A stretch of DNA of 64,000 bases from the IMG/VR virus record IMGVR_UViG_3300032268_000986, positions 1-64,000 of that record; one strand, 5' to 3'. Every line of letters starts with the position of its first letter. Position 1 is the first letter of the stretch. The position numbers and the translations under genes are program-made. Shown here one piece after another: positions 14,753 to 23,967 of this stretch. Below the pieces are notes generated by a model that made no database searches, was not told the origin of the DNA, and saw only the letters and a list, made by a program, of their open reading frames with translations.

Positions 14753-17002
14753 ATGTCTAACGAAAATATCAACGCCAGTAATAGAGAACAGTTGGCAGCG
14801 CAGGAAGCGGCAAAAAACACCAACGACATAAATGCCAAACAGGCTGGGTTGTTTGTTGCTGCAACAAAGGCGCTTGCAGACGGTGCCAGAGAATTTGCTA
14901 CTATTCCGCAGGGACTGGCTGATGCAATTGACAACGCCAGATCAGATCCAAACGTGTGGAATTCATTTACCACAGAAGAAAAGGCTCAGCTGCTAGTTGA
15001 CCGTGAAGATTACCTAAAACAAGCCGCTACTTTCAAAGAACAATCAGCTGAACTTGATAAACAACTTGCTCAATCCACAGCTGAATTAAGTCAAATGACT
15101 TTTAACGGCGAGAAACTTGACACCAATATTGCACTCACTGAACAGTCCCTGAGAGAAAATTTTGGACTGCCGGCGGATTTTACAATTGCAAAAGCCAGCA
15201 CAATTGATGATCCTGCTGGCGATGCAAACGACTTAATACCTCCGCCCCTGGGTCCGGTCAGTGTGCAAGACCCCTACGGGGTGTTGGCAGCCGAAGACGA
15301 AGCCTTACGTCAGGAAGAAATAGCTCAAAGTGATGCCGATGCCTTTGCCTCTGCTGCCACCGTGCGTGATCCTACTGGAGTACTGGCCGCAGAAGATGCT
15401 GCCTTGACCGAGCAAGCAGCAGCTCAGGGCGATGCCGATGCCTTTGCTGGCCTAGCCACTGTGCGTGACCCCGCTGGAGTACTGGCAGCTGAAGATGCTG
15501 CCTTGGCCGAACAAGCAGCAGCACAAGGAGATGCTGATGCATTTGCCTCTGCTGCCACTGTGCGTGACCTCACTGGAGTACTGGCCGCAGAAGACGCTGC
15601 CTTGGCCGAACAGGCAGCGGCACAAGGAGATGCTGATGCATTTGCTGGATTAGCAACGGTGCAAGATCCCAATGGGGTGTTGGCAGCAGAAGACGCTGCC
15701 ATAGCCGAACAACAAGCAGCACAAGGAGATGCTGATGCCTTTGCCTCTGCTGCCACCATACGTGACCCCGCTGGTGTGTTGGCCGCAGAAGATGCTGCCT
15801 TGGCCGAACAAGCAGCAGCACAAGGAGATGCTGATGCATTTGGTGCCCTGGCCACTGTGCGTGACCCCACTGGGGTGTTGGCAGCAGAAGACGCTGCCCT
15901 GGCCGAACAGGCAGCGGCTCAGGGTGATGCTGATGCATTTGGTGCCCTGGCCACTGTGCGTGACCCCACTGGGGTGTTGGCAGCAGAAGACGCTGCCCTG
16001 GCCGAACAGGCAGCGGCTCAGGGTGATGCTGATGCTTTTGCTGGCCTAGCCACTGTGCGTGACCCCACTGGGGTGTTGGCAGCAGAAGATGCTGCCTTGG
16101 CCGAACAGGCAGCGGCTCAAGGTGATGCCGATGCTTTTGCCACTTCGGCCTTGGCCAATAATGAAAAAAGTGCCACGCTGACCAAGGCTCAAGAACAACG
16201 CACACTGCAACAACGCTACAAACAACCGGGCAACCAGGACTGGCGTGTGCGCTTGGTGTTGGCCGAAGGTGCCAACTATCTCTACAAAGACACTGCCAAT
16301 CAGTTGTTAAAACCCTTGATGAATGCCAATGGAGTTATCTTTCCATACACACCCAGCATTGCAGTAAACTACACAGCCAACTATGACAACACTGATCTCA
16401 CACACAGCAACTATCGTGGTTACTTTTACAAAAGCAGTGTCGTGGGCGAGGTCACCATCACGGCCACATTCACAGCACAAGATACTGCGGAAGCACAGTA
16501 TCTGCTGGCAGTGATACACTTTTTTAAGTCAGTGACTAAAATGTTCTACGGACAAGATGCACAACGCGGTGCGCCACCGCCATTGTTGTATCTAGTGGGA
16601 CTAGGAGAATTTCAGTTCAACGGCCATCCCTGTGTGGTCAAAAATTTTCAATACACTCTGCCCACCGACGTGGACTACATTCGAGCCAGCAGCCCCAACA
16701 ACTATGGCATTAACCTGTTGAATCGACGCACGGCCACAACCACACCCAGCAATCCAATTTCTTCTGTGCTGAACCGTTTGCAAAATGCTGGTCTTTTTCC
16801 CGGTGCCAACCCCAAAACTACAACACCTAATCCAGGCCCCACCACAGGCACAGTGAACAACACACAGCGGCCAACCTATGTGCCCACCAAAATGGACATG
16901 ACCATTCAGTTGTTGCCGTTGCAGACTCGTTCACAGGTGAGCCAGCAGTTCAGCGTCAAAGAGTTTGCCAATGGTAATCTGCTCAAAGGAGGATTCTGGT
17001 AA
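14753..17002 (+). CDS. Baseplate/tail-tube initiator-like protein with long N-terminal repeat extension
   Basis: C-terminal domain (DWRVRL, GVIFPYTP, FTAQD, FFKSVTKMFYG, GAPPP, PCVVKNFQYTLP) of tail-tube/baseplate type; precedes the gp53-like gene. Confidence 0.65.
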   Translation: MSNENINASNREQLAAQEAAKNTNDINAKQAGLFVAATKALADGAREFATIPQGLADAIDNARSDPNVWNSFTTEEKAQLLVDREDYLKQAATFKEQSAELDKQLAQSTAELSQMTFNGEKLDTNIALTEQSLRENFGLPADFTIAKASTIDDPAGDANDLIPPPLGPVSVQDPYGVLAAEDEALRQEEIAQSDADAFASAATVRDPTGVLAAEDAALTEQAAAQGDADAFAGLATVRDPAGVLAAEDAALAEQAAAQGDADAFASAATVRDLTGVLAAEDAALAEQAAAQGDADAFAGLATVQDPNGVLAAEDAAIAEQQAAQGDADAFASAATIRDPAGVLAAEDAALAEQAAAQGDADAFGALATVRDPTGVLAAEDAALAEQAAAQGDADAFGALATVRDPTGVLAAEDAALAEQAAAQGDADAFAGLATVRDPTGVLAAEDAALAEQAAAQGDADAFATSALANNEKSATLTKAQEQRTLQQRYKQPGNQDWRVRLVLAEGANYLYKDTANQLLKPLMNANGVIFPYTPSIAVNYTANYDNTDLTHSNYRGYFYKSSVVGEVTITATFTAQDTAEAQYLLAVIHFFKSVTKMFYGQDAQRGAPPPLLYLVGLGEFQFNGHPCVVKNFQYTLPTDVDYIRASSPNNYGINLLNRRTATTTPSNPISSVLNRLQNAGLFPGANPKTTTPNPGPTTGTVNNTQRPTYVPTKMDMTIQLLPLQTRSQVSQQFSVKEFANGNLLKGGFW
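15263..16150 (+). repeat. Nine tandem 99-nt (33-aa) coding repeats VRDPTGVLAAEDAALAEQAAAQGDADAFAGLAT
   Basis: Units start every 99 nt from 15263 to 16055. Confidence 0.95.
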
Positions 17003-17301
17003 TGGCAACCTATGCAGCAACAAGTCCCTACTATATCACGCCGGTCACACAATTTTATCTTGACCCCATGGTCAATCGTGCCATACCCAAGGAAAGCGAC
17101 GACATTGTATTTGTGATCAACAACACCTATCAGTATCGTCCAGACCTGTTGTCATATGATCTGTACAACACCGGTGCGCTGTGGTGGGTGTTCTATCAAC
17201 GCAACCCCAACACACTGACAGCACCGCCCTTGGATTTCAAACTTGGCACAAGAATCTACGTTCCCAAATTGGAAACACTAAAAGCAGTGCTGGGATTCTA
17301 A
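17002..17301 (+). CDS. gp53: Baseplate wedge protein, gp53/LysM-like
   Basis: YQYRPDLLSYDLY...LWWVF..RN...G.RIYVP. Confidence 0.8.
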   Translation: MATYAATSPYYITPVTQFYLDPMVNRAIPKESDDIVFVINNTYQYRPDLLSYDLYNTGALWWVFYQRNPNTLTAPPLDFKLGTRIYVPKLETLKAVLGF

Positions 17302-17304
17302 CAC

Positions 17305-20300
17305 ATGGCTACATTTGCTGAGAGCGAAGTATATCGCATCAAACTTGACATTGAAGTTGTTAACGATGACATTCGTGCATTTCAAGAACGTCTGCAACAG
17401 CCAAATCTTACGCCATTGCAGCGAGGAACCGCTGAACGCAATCTAGCAAGGGCTCAAACCAGGTTGGCCGCGTTGCAAACTGAGTTAGTCACTGCCGAAA
17501 CAAAAGCAGCACGTCAACCAACCACAGAACCACCAGCCAGTGCTGCACAAACAGTGCAAGACGATGCTGCCAACGGTCCCACTGCCAACCCACAGCTACA
17601 AGCAGGTGCCAACGGCAGAGTGTCAACAGCACCAGCCACCACAACGCCCAGCAACGCAGTGGCTACTCCTACCTTGGCCTCTGGCGGCGGAGACAATGGT
17701 ACCAACGGCGAAACTGTGACCTTGCAACAGTCTCAGGCCACATCCAACAGTCAACAGAACACAGCCGCGGCAGCAGGTGTGCCCACAACCAGTGGTGCAA
17801 CACCGTCTCCGCCAACTGGCACTGGATTCGGCGACGATCAATCTGAGTACACTACTGACAGCTTGGGCAATACCTTTAAAACATTACCGGACGGTACATC
17901 ATCTTTGTATCGTGCTGCTGAAGTGGATGAATCGCCACCTGTGGCGCCAGGGTCTACACTGCCTCCAGGCACAGGATTTGGCGATGATGTGGGAGAATTC
18001 ACCACTGACAGCCTGGGCAATACCTACAAAAACGGCAGCCTGTATCGTGCAGCTGAAGTGGATGACTCTCTTGCAGGATCAATTGGCAGCTCGGCTACTA
18101 CTTCTGCGGCTCCTGTGGACACTGGTGCTAGAAATATTATTCCCCGACCCAATGAATTAGATGCCTATGCCAGCTATACCTGGAGTGCATCGGTTTACTT
18201 GTTGTCACCTACTCAGTACACAACACTGCTCAACAGTAGAGTCAAGAATCTAAATGGGTATCAGCTGTTGTTTCAATCTGCTGGGGCTCCCCAGGGTACT
18301 AGAAGTCCCAGCTTTCCCAATGATTTTTACCTGGACAACATAGTCATGGACAACAGCTTGCCGGGCAAAGTCACTGGTGCTGCACACATGGTCACAGATC
18401 TCAAATTCACAGTTTATGAACCCAATGGAATAACCCTATTGGATCGACTGTACGAAGCAGTGCAAAAGTTTCAAGTTGGCAACTACACCGCATGCCAGTA
18501 TCTCATGGTGATGCGTTTTTATGGGTATGATATCAACGGCAATTTAGTAGGTGGTTCTAGTGTATCTGGCAATCAGGGCATCAATGGAGCTCCGGTGATT
18601 GAAAAGTTTATACCTTTTATCATCAGTAACATCAAGTGGTCAGTACAGTCAAAAATAGTTCAATATGATTTTGAATGTGCTCCAGTTGGCCAAATAGTTG
18701 GCGGCACCACGGCCCGTGGCACTGTGCCGTATGACACACAGTTGGTCAGCAGCACCGTAGAGGGCATGCTCAGTGGCGACGTCACAGCAACTACCGAGCC
18801 CAGCAATGCTCCGGCAGGTGCTGTGGCCTCTACCCCAGCGCCAGACAAGGCCAACGCAGCCAGCGCCAAACGACAAGGTCTCATGGCAGCCATGAATGAA
18901 TTTCAAGAACAATTGGTCAAAGAAGGCATTTACAAATACCCTGATCGATATTCTATTGAATTTGCCAAGGGTGCTGAAGCAATCAAAGGTGCGCTGATTC
19001 AGTTGCCAGGCAAAAAACAAGACAAAGACGGCACCGACGGTGATCCGCCAGCCACAACAAACCCACAGGGTTTACTGCCAGAAAAACAACGAGTTGATTT
19101 GACATCTCGCAAATTCTCAATCACGGCTGGACAGCAGATCATACAAGCCATTGACTTGGTCATTCGTAACAGTCACTATATCCTTGATCAAGCCTTGACC
19201 ACAGTTGATGCAACCACTGGACTCGAGGAGCTTAATGCCGCAGCCAACACCAAAGAAGTCAGTTGGTTCCAGATCAGCATGGAAGCGCAACCCAGACAGT
19301 ATGATCCCAATCGCAATGACTTTGCCTATGACATCAAGTTTGTGATCAGCAAGTATCTACTGCAAGATCTTGTGAGTACATATTTTCCCCTGAACAATTT
19401 TAGAGGAGTACACAAAAGCTATGAATACTGGTTCACAGGTCGAAACACCGCAGTGATAGATTATTCGGCAAATTTTGATTCACTGTACAATATCACAGTG
19501 ACTGGCGACAATCCAAAAAACTCAGGCGCTGCCAAAATCAAAGAAGCATTTACATCCAGCATGCGAGACATTCCCAAATTTGTGTATGCGGCTAGAAGCA
19601 CTGAGAGTGTGGCCGGCGCACCATCTGCGCCTAGCGGCAGTGGACTTGAAGCCCCGGCTAATTTAGCAGAATATCTTTATGACCCAAGCAGCCTTGGTGA
19701 AACCAAGTTAAAGATCATTGGAGATCCAGCCTGGATACAACAGGGCAGCTTGTATCGTGGTGTCAATGCCAAGGAGTTTGACTACAGTGCATTCTTGCCT
19801 GATGGCACTATTAATTTTGACAGCCAGCAAGTGATGTTTGAAATTGCCTGGCAACGACCTGAAGACTATGATCCCAGCACAGGCCTAGCCGATCCCTATA
19901 GCAGAACTCAGAATTTTGAAGGCAGCCGTCAACCAGTACAAAGCTACGTGTACAAGGCCAATAGATGTGTGAGTGAATTCAAAGGCGGCAAATTTGAACA
20001 GACAATTGAAGGCAGCTTGTACATGTTGCCCAAGAGAAAGAAACCCACAAACGCAGCCCAGCCATCAGCTACAGGATTTGGTGACGATGATACTTCGGTA
20101 TTCCCAAGCTCTCAACCCAAACGTGCTGACGGTCAAGGCGCTTTGATCACGCCCACATCAGCAGTGGGATTTGGTGACGACCCCGGAGAACAATTCACCA
20201 CTGACAGTCTAGGCAATACCTACAAAGATGGCACGCTGTATCGTGCAGCCGAAGTGACAGAACCCGACAGTGATGGCATTGCTGTGGGATTTGGCAATGA

Positions 20301-20484
20301 TCCTGGAATAGAATTCACCACTGACAGTCTAGGCAATACATACAAAACATTGCCGGACGGAACTGCATCGTTGTATCGTGCTGCCGAAGTGGATGAAAAT
20401 GATCCGCCACCAGCTCCGCCCAAGATAGGTCAGACCACAGGTCCCAGTACTCAGGAACCTGAAATCATAGCCTACGATTTCTAA
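17305..20484 (+). CDS. Baseplate hub protein (gp27/gpD-like) with low-complexity, repeat-bearing termini
   Basis: Position between gp53 and gp5; VYEPNG, KIIGDPAWI and FKGGKFEQTI motifs. Confidence 0.65.
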   Translation: MATFAESEVYRIKLDIEVVNDDIRAFQERLQQPNLTPLQRGTAERNLARAQTRLAALQTELVTAETKAARQPTTEPPASAAQTVQDDAANGPTANPQLQAGANGRVSTAPATTTPSNAVATPTLASGGGDNGTNGETVTLQQSQATSNSQQNTAAAAGVPTTSGATPSPPTGTGFGDDQSEYTTDSLGNTFKTLPDGTSSLYRAAEVDESPPVAPGSTLPPGTGFGDDVGEFTTDSLGNTYKNGSLYRAAEVDDSLAGSIGSSATTSAAPVDTGARNIIPRPNELDAYASYTWSASVYLLSPTQYTTLLNSRVKNLNGYQLLFQSAGAPQGTRSPSFPNDFYLDNIVMDNSLPGKVTGAAHMVTDLKFTVYEPNGITLLDRLYEAVQKFQVGNYTACQYLMVMRFYGYDINGNLVGGSSVSGNQGINGAPVIEKFIPFIISNIKWSVQSKIVQYDFECAPVGQIVGGTTARGTVPYDTQLVSSTVEGMLSGDVTATTEPSNAPAGAVASTPAPDKANAASAKRQGLMAAMNEFQEQLVKEGIYKYPDRYSIEFAKGAEAIKGALIQLPGKKQDKDGTDGDPPATTNPQGLLPEKQRVDLTSRKFSITAGQQIIQAIDLVIRNSHYILDQALTTVDATTGLEELNAAANTKEVSWFQISMEAQPRQYDPNRNDFAYDIKFVISKYLLQDLVSTYFPLNNFRGVHKSYEYWFTGRNTAVIDYSANFDSLYNITVTGDNPKNSGAAKIKEAFTSSMRDIPKFVYAARSTESVAGAPSAPSGSGLEAPANLAEYLYDPSSLGETKLKIIGDPAWIQQGSLYRGVNAKEFDYSAFLPDGTINFDSQQVMFEIAWQRPEDYDPSTGLADPYSRTQNFEGSRQPVQSYVYKANRCVSEFKGGKFEQTIEGSLYMLPKRKKPTNAAQPSATGFGDDDTSVFPSSQPKRADGQGALITPTSAVGFGDDPGEQFTTDSLGNTYKDGTLYRAAEVTEPDSDGIAVGFGNDPGIEFTTDSLGNTYKTLPDGTASLYRAAEVDENDPPPAPPKIGQTTGPSTQEPEIIAYDF

Positions 20485-20493
20485 GGAATTTAA

Positions 20494-22008
20494 ATGCCAA
20501 TCAATCAGCAGAAAAGTCGCGGACGACCCAGTAACTACAAACAGGATCGCGGCGGCGTACCAGCAGAATACGGTCCGTTTATTGGTGTGATCATGAACAA
20601 CAATGATCCCACACGCCGTGGCCGGGTACAGGTGTATATTGAAACATTTGGTGCCGGCAGCATGACTGACGATTCCAAATGGATTTGGGTAAATTATGCA
20701 CCATCATTTTATGGTTCAACTCCCTTGACTGAGAGTCAAGGTGATGACCCCGCGGTGGGCAATTACCCAGGTAATCCCAACACATATGGCTCCTGGTTTT
20801 GTCCCCCGGATCTTGGGATCAAGGTGCTGTGCGTGTTTGCCAATGGCGACCGTAGTCTAGGATTCTACATTGGTGTGGTCCCTGAAGAAGGCTTAGGACA
20901 CATGGTACCTGCCATTGGCTCTGCTCCCGAGGGGCAATATCAGGTCGGCAATGCAAATCAAAAGGCCTACTTTACCGGCGCTGCACGACTGCCGGTGACT
21001 GAGATCAACCCCAATAATTTAAAGACATTCAACGATCCCAAGTTTTATGATAAAACCAAACCAGTGCAAAGTTTTGTAGCTGGCTCTATGTTTCAGCAAG
21101 GTGTAATCAAAGATGTTGAACGTGGTCCAATAACTTCTAGCAGTCAGCGCGAAGCCCCTAGTGCTGTGTTTGGTATTTCAACTCCGGGCACTGCAATCTA
21201 TCAAGGTGGCATGAGTCCCAGCGACATACGACAAAAAATCAACTCAGGAGCAATCAAACCCAACCAAGCTCGTGTGATTGGCAGAGTTGGAGGCCATAGC
21301 CTGGTCATGGATGACGGTAATCTTCAAGGTGAAAACAGCCTGTTACGACTGAGAACCAGTAAAGGTCACCAAATTACCATGAATGACAGCGGAAACTTTT
21401 TCTACATCATTCATGCCAATGGGCAAACCTGGATTGAACTGGGCAGTGAAGGCACTGTAGACATATTTTCCACTAACTCTATTAACTTGCGAACCCAGGG
21501 CGATCTTAACTTGCATGCTGATCAAGATGTCAACATATTTGCCGGACGAGATTTCAAAGTCAAGAGTGGTGCCAAGACACACATTGAAAGTGTGACCACA
21601 ACCACAATTTATTCACAAGGTGAGTTGACAGTGTACGGCAAGGCAGCTATTGGCGTGCTGGCCGACGGCACATTAACACTTAACAGCAGTGGTGGCTCAT
21701 GGGGTGGTGGTGGCTCGTTGGTGTTCAAAGCTGGCGGAATTGACTTGAACGGCCCAGCAGCTGACACTGTCAAGGCACCAAACCCTTTGACCAAGACCAC
21801 CATGGATGACACTAGTTTTACCAGCTCAACTGGCTGGAAGATGGATGCTGATGCACTTGAAAGCATTGTGACTCGAGCTCCTGCCCACGAACCTTGGCCT
21901 TATCACAACATGGGTGTCAATGCCAAGGTCACGGTGGAAGAAGGACAACCCACACCACCGCCGGCTGCTGATCCAGTTCCGGCCGGGGTAAGTATTTCCG
22001 CAGTTTAA
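20494..22008 (+). CDS. gp5: Baseplate central spike, gp5/VgrG-like
   Basis: OB-fold DPTRRGRVQV..PPDLGIKVLCVF; GHSLVMDDG, LRTSKGHQITMND, beta-helix repeats, C-terminal PAHEPWPYH. Confidence 0.85.
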   Translation: MPINQQKSRGRPSNYKQDRGGVPAEYGPFIGVIMNNNDPTRRGRVQVYIETFGAGSMTDDSKWIWVNYAPSFYGSTPLTESQGDDPAVGNYPGNPNTYGSWFCPPDLGIKVLCVFANGDRSLGFYIGVVPEEGLGHMVPAIGSAPEGQYQVGNANQKAYFTGAARLPVTEINPNNLKTFNDPKFYDKTKPVQSFVAGSMFQQGVIKDVERGPITSSSQREAPSAVFGISTPGTAIYQGGMSPSDIRQKINSGAIKPNQARVIGRVGGHSLVMDDGNLQGENSLLRLRTSKGHQITMNDSGNFFYIIHANGQTWIELGSEGTVDIFSTNSINLRTQGDLNLHADQDVNIFAGRDFKVKSGAKTHIESVTTTTIYSQGELTVYGKAAIGVLADGTLTLNSSGGSWGGGGSLVFKAGGIDLNGPAADTVKAPNPLTKTTMDDTSFTSSTGWKMDADALESIVTRAPAHEPWPYHNMGVNAKVTVEEGQPTPPPAADPVPAGVSISAV

Positions 22009-22020
22009 CAACAATATATC

Positions 22021-23517
22021 ATGTCAAATTCGTTTGAGTTCACTACAGCAGCTGGCAAGCTATTTAAATTATCTGGACCACCAGGGTTTTCTCTGAGTCA
22101 AGCTCAGGCCATTTTTGACCAACAAGAAAGTGCAGGTAGTCTAGTAGGAATCAAGCCTGGCCAAATATTAAGTGCCGCTACACAGGCCGCAGGCGGGTTG
22201 TCATCGGCTGCTGCCCAGCTAGGACAATCTCTAAGTGGAGTCACTGGCGCTCTAGGCGCTGGCATACCTGGCGCAGCTGGCTTGATTGGTGGTGCAATTC
22301 CAGGCGGGCTAACATCCGCAGCCGCGGCCGTGAATCAACTCACAGGATCAGCAGGTTCAATTGCTGCTTCTGCGGTGGGCACAATTAGCAAAGCCATGGG
22401 GTCATTGCCTGTTACTAACGGCATTGATGTTGCAAATTTTGCCAAGGCTGAAACTGCCCTGGGATCAATTGGCAGCATGACTACATCACAAGTGACTGGC
22501 GTGTTGGCCCAGGCCAAAAATCTAGTGGGGCAAGCCACAGATGTCATGACCAACTCCAAGGGCCTGGGATCGTTTGGGCTTGATGCCAAGCAACTGGAAA
22601 CTGCTGGCATTCTCAAACCTGGAGTCAGCAACTTGATTGAATCGGGCGCCAGCACTCTTACATCGGCATTAAAGAGCCCCTTGGCTTTTACAGGAAAAGA
22701 TGGAATCAGCAGCGTGGGGGATTTGCTGGGCAGTTCATCTGCGCAAAGCAAGATTCAACAAGACCTTATGAGTTCTGGGGTAGCAGCATTGGGCGCGGCA
22801 GGAATTCCTACTGATGCATTAAACGCCCAGGGACTAGCAGGCATGGCGCTAAACGCCGCAAAAAGCATTCCTGGTGCCGAAGCCCTGGCCAAAGGATTAT
22901 CACTTCCCGGTGACGCAACTGGCGCACTCAAAGCAGCCATGGAAACCAACATTCGAGATGGTGCATTTGCTGTGAATTTAGCAGACTCCTTGCCCGGCGC
23001 ATTTAAAGAAACCGTCAAGGCGTTGCCCAGTTTGGGTACGGTGGACCGAGCCACACTGAATGCAGCTACAGATCGAATCTTGGGCAGTGCAAAAATTCCC
23101 AAACCCAGTTTTGGACCACCTGAGTCAGTGGTCAATGCATTTGCTGCAATCAATCCAGCTGGTCTCAAAGATGCCGCCGGCAATTTACCAGCCGCTGGAG
23201 ATTTGTTAAAAAAGGTAACCGGTGCTGTTGGTGGATTAACTGGTGCATTGTCAGGCGCTGTTGGTGGATTAACTGGTGCATTGTCAGGTGCTGTTGGTGG
23301 ATTAACCGGTGCATTGTCGGGCGCGGTTGGTGGATTAACCGGTGCATTGTCGGGCGCGGTTGGTGCAGTGTCGGGTCTAGCAGGCAAAGCCGCTGGAGTA
23401 CTAGGTGGCGCCAATCCACTCAAAGCCCTAGATGGAGCATTGGCGTCTGCCGGGTCTGCAGCAACGGCTGCATCATCAGTGCTCAGCAAGCTCACAAGTT
23501 CACTGCCTAAAGTTTAA
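22021..23517 (+). CDS. Gly/Ala-rich virion protein downstream of the spike gene
   Basis: 498-aa ORF within the baseplate operon; GLGSFGLDAKQLETAGILKPG segment; 11-aa repeats. Confidence 0.6.
   Translation: MSNSFEFTTAAGKLFKLSGPPGFSLSQAQAIFDQQESAGSLVGIKPGQILSAATQAAGGLSSAAAQLGQSLSGVTGALGAGIPGAAGLIGGAIPGGLTSAAAAVNQLTGSAGSIAASAVGTISKAMGSLPVTNGIDVANFAKAETALGSIGSMTTSQVTGVLAQAKNLVGQATDVMTNSKGLGSFGLDAKQLETAGILKPGVSNLIESGASTLTSALKSPLAFTGKDGISSVGDLLGSSSAQSKIQQDLMSSGVAALGAAGIPTDALNAQGLAGMALNAAKSIPGAEALAKGLSLPGDATGALKAAMETNIRDGAFAVNLADSLPGAFKETVKALPSLGTVDRATLNAATDRILGSAKIPKPSFGPPESVVNAFAAINPAGLKDAAGNLPAAGDLLKKVTGAVGGLTGALSGAVGGLTGALSGAVGGLTGALSGAVGGLTGALSGAVGAVSGLAGKAAGVLGGANPLKALDGALASAGSAATAASSVLSKLTSSLPKV
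23221..23364 (+). repeat. 33-nt tandem repeat (4 copies plus a partial) encoding GAVGGLTGALS
   Basis: Units at 23221, 23254, 23287, 23320 and 23353. Confidence 0.9.
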
Positions 23518-23528
23518 TAAATATCAGC

Positions 23529-23912
23529 ATGGCACAGACACAGACTTTTATTGGGTTTAACACTCAACAGCAGTATAAAAAATTTACCTTGACTGGCTTT
23601 GAACTGATCAAGCGCGATCTCCTGAACGCATTCAACATTCGTCAAGGACAATTGCCAGGTCGACCTGGCTATGGCACTGTGTTGTGGGATTACTTGTTTG
23701 AGAATCAAGTTGAAGCACTACAGACCAGCATCACTCAAGAAGTACAGCGTGTGGCCGGTGGTGACCCCAGGATCTACATTGCAGACGTGCAAGTGTCGCC
23801 CGAGCTAAATGGATTCATGATTGAACTAGAACTACAAATTGTAGGGTCTACCACAGCTCAACGCCTGTCTATATTTTTTGACCTAGAACAACGCAACGCC
23901 ACTTACGTATAA
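23529..23912 (+). CDS. gp25: Baseplate wedge subunit gp25-like
   Basis: LIKRDLLNAFNIRQGQLPGRPGYGTVLWDYLFE...DPRI. Confidence 0.85.
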   Translation: MAQTQTFIGFNTQQQYKKFTLTGFELIKRDLLNAFNIRQGQLPGRPGYGTVLWDYLFENQVEALQTSITQEVQRVAGGDPRIYIADVQVSPELNGFMIELELQIVGSTTAQRLSIFFDLEQRNATYV

Positions 23913-23967
23913 CTACGCCGTTTTTGTGCAACCATAAATAAAGCACAAGGCTTAGAGAAATACAACC

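Noticed and set aside
15263-16150. 99-nt repeats as a CRISPR or ncRNA array
   Set aside because: Units are contiguous, a multiple of three, and vary mainly at synonymous positions, so they are protein repeats
22335-23495. Minus-strand ORFs of 138 and 246 aa with PVNPPTAPDNA repeats
   Set aside because: Antisense read-out of the Gly/Ala-rich plus-strand gene, with no RBS or promoter
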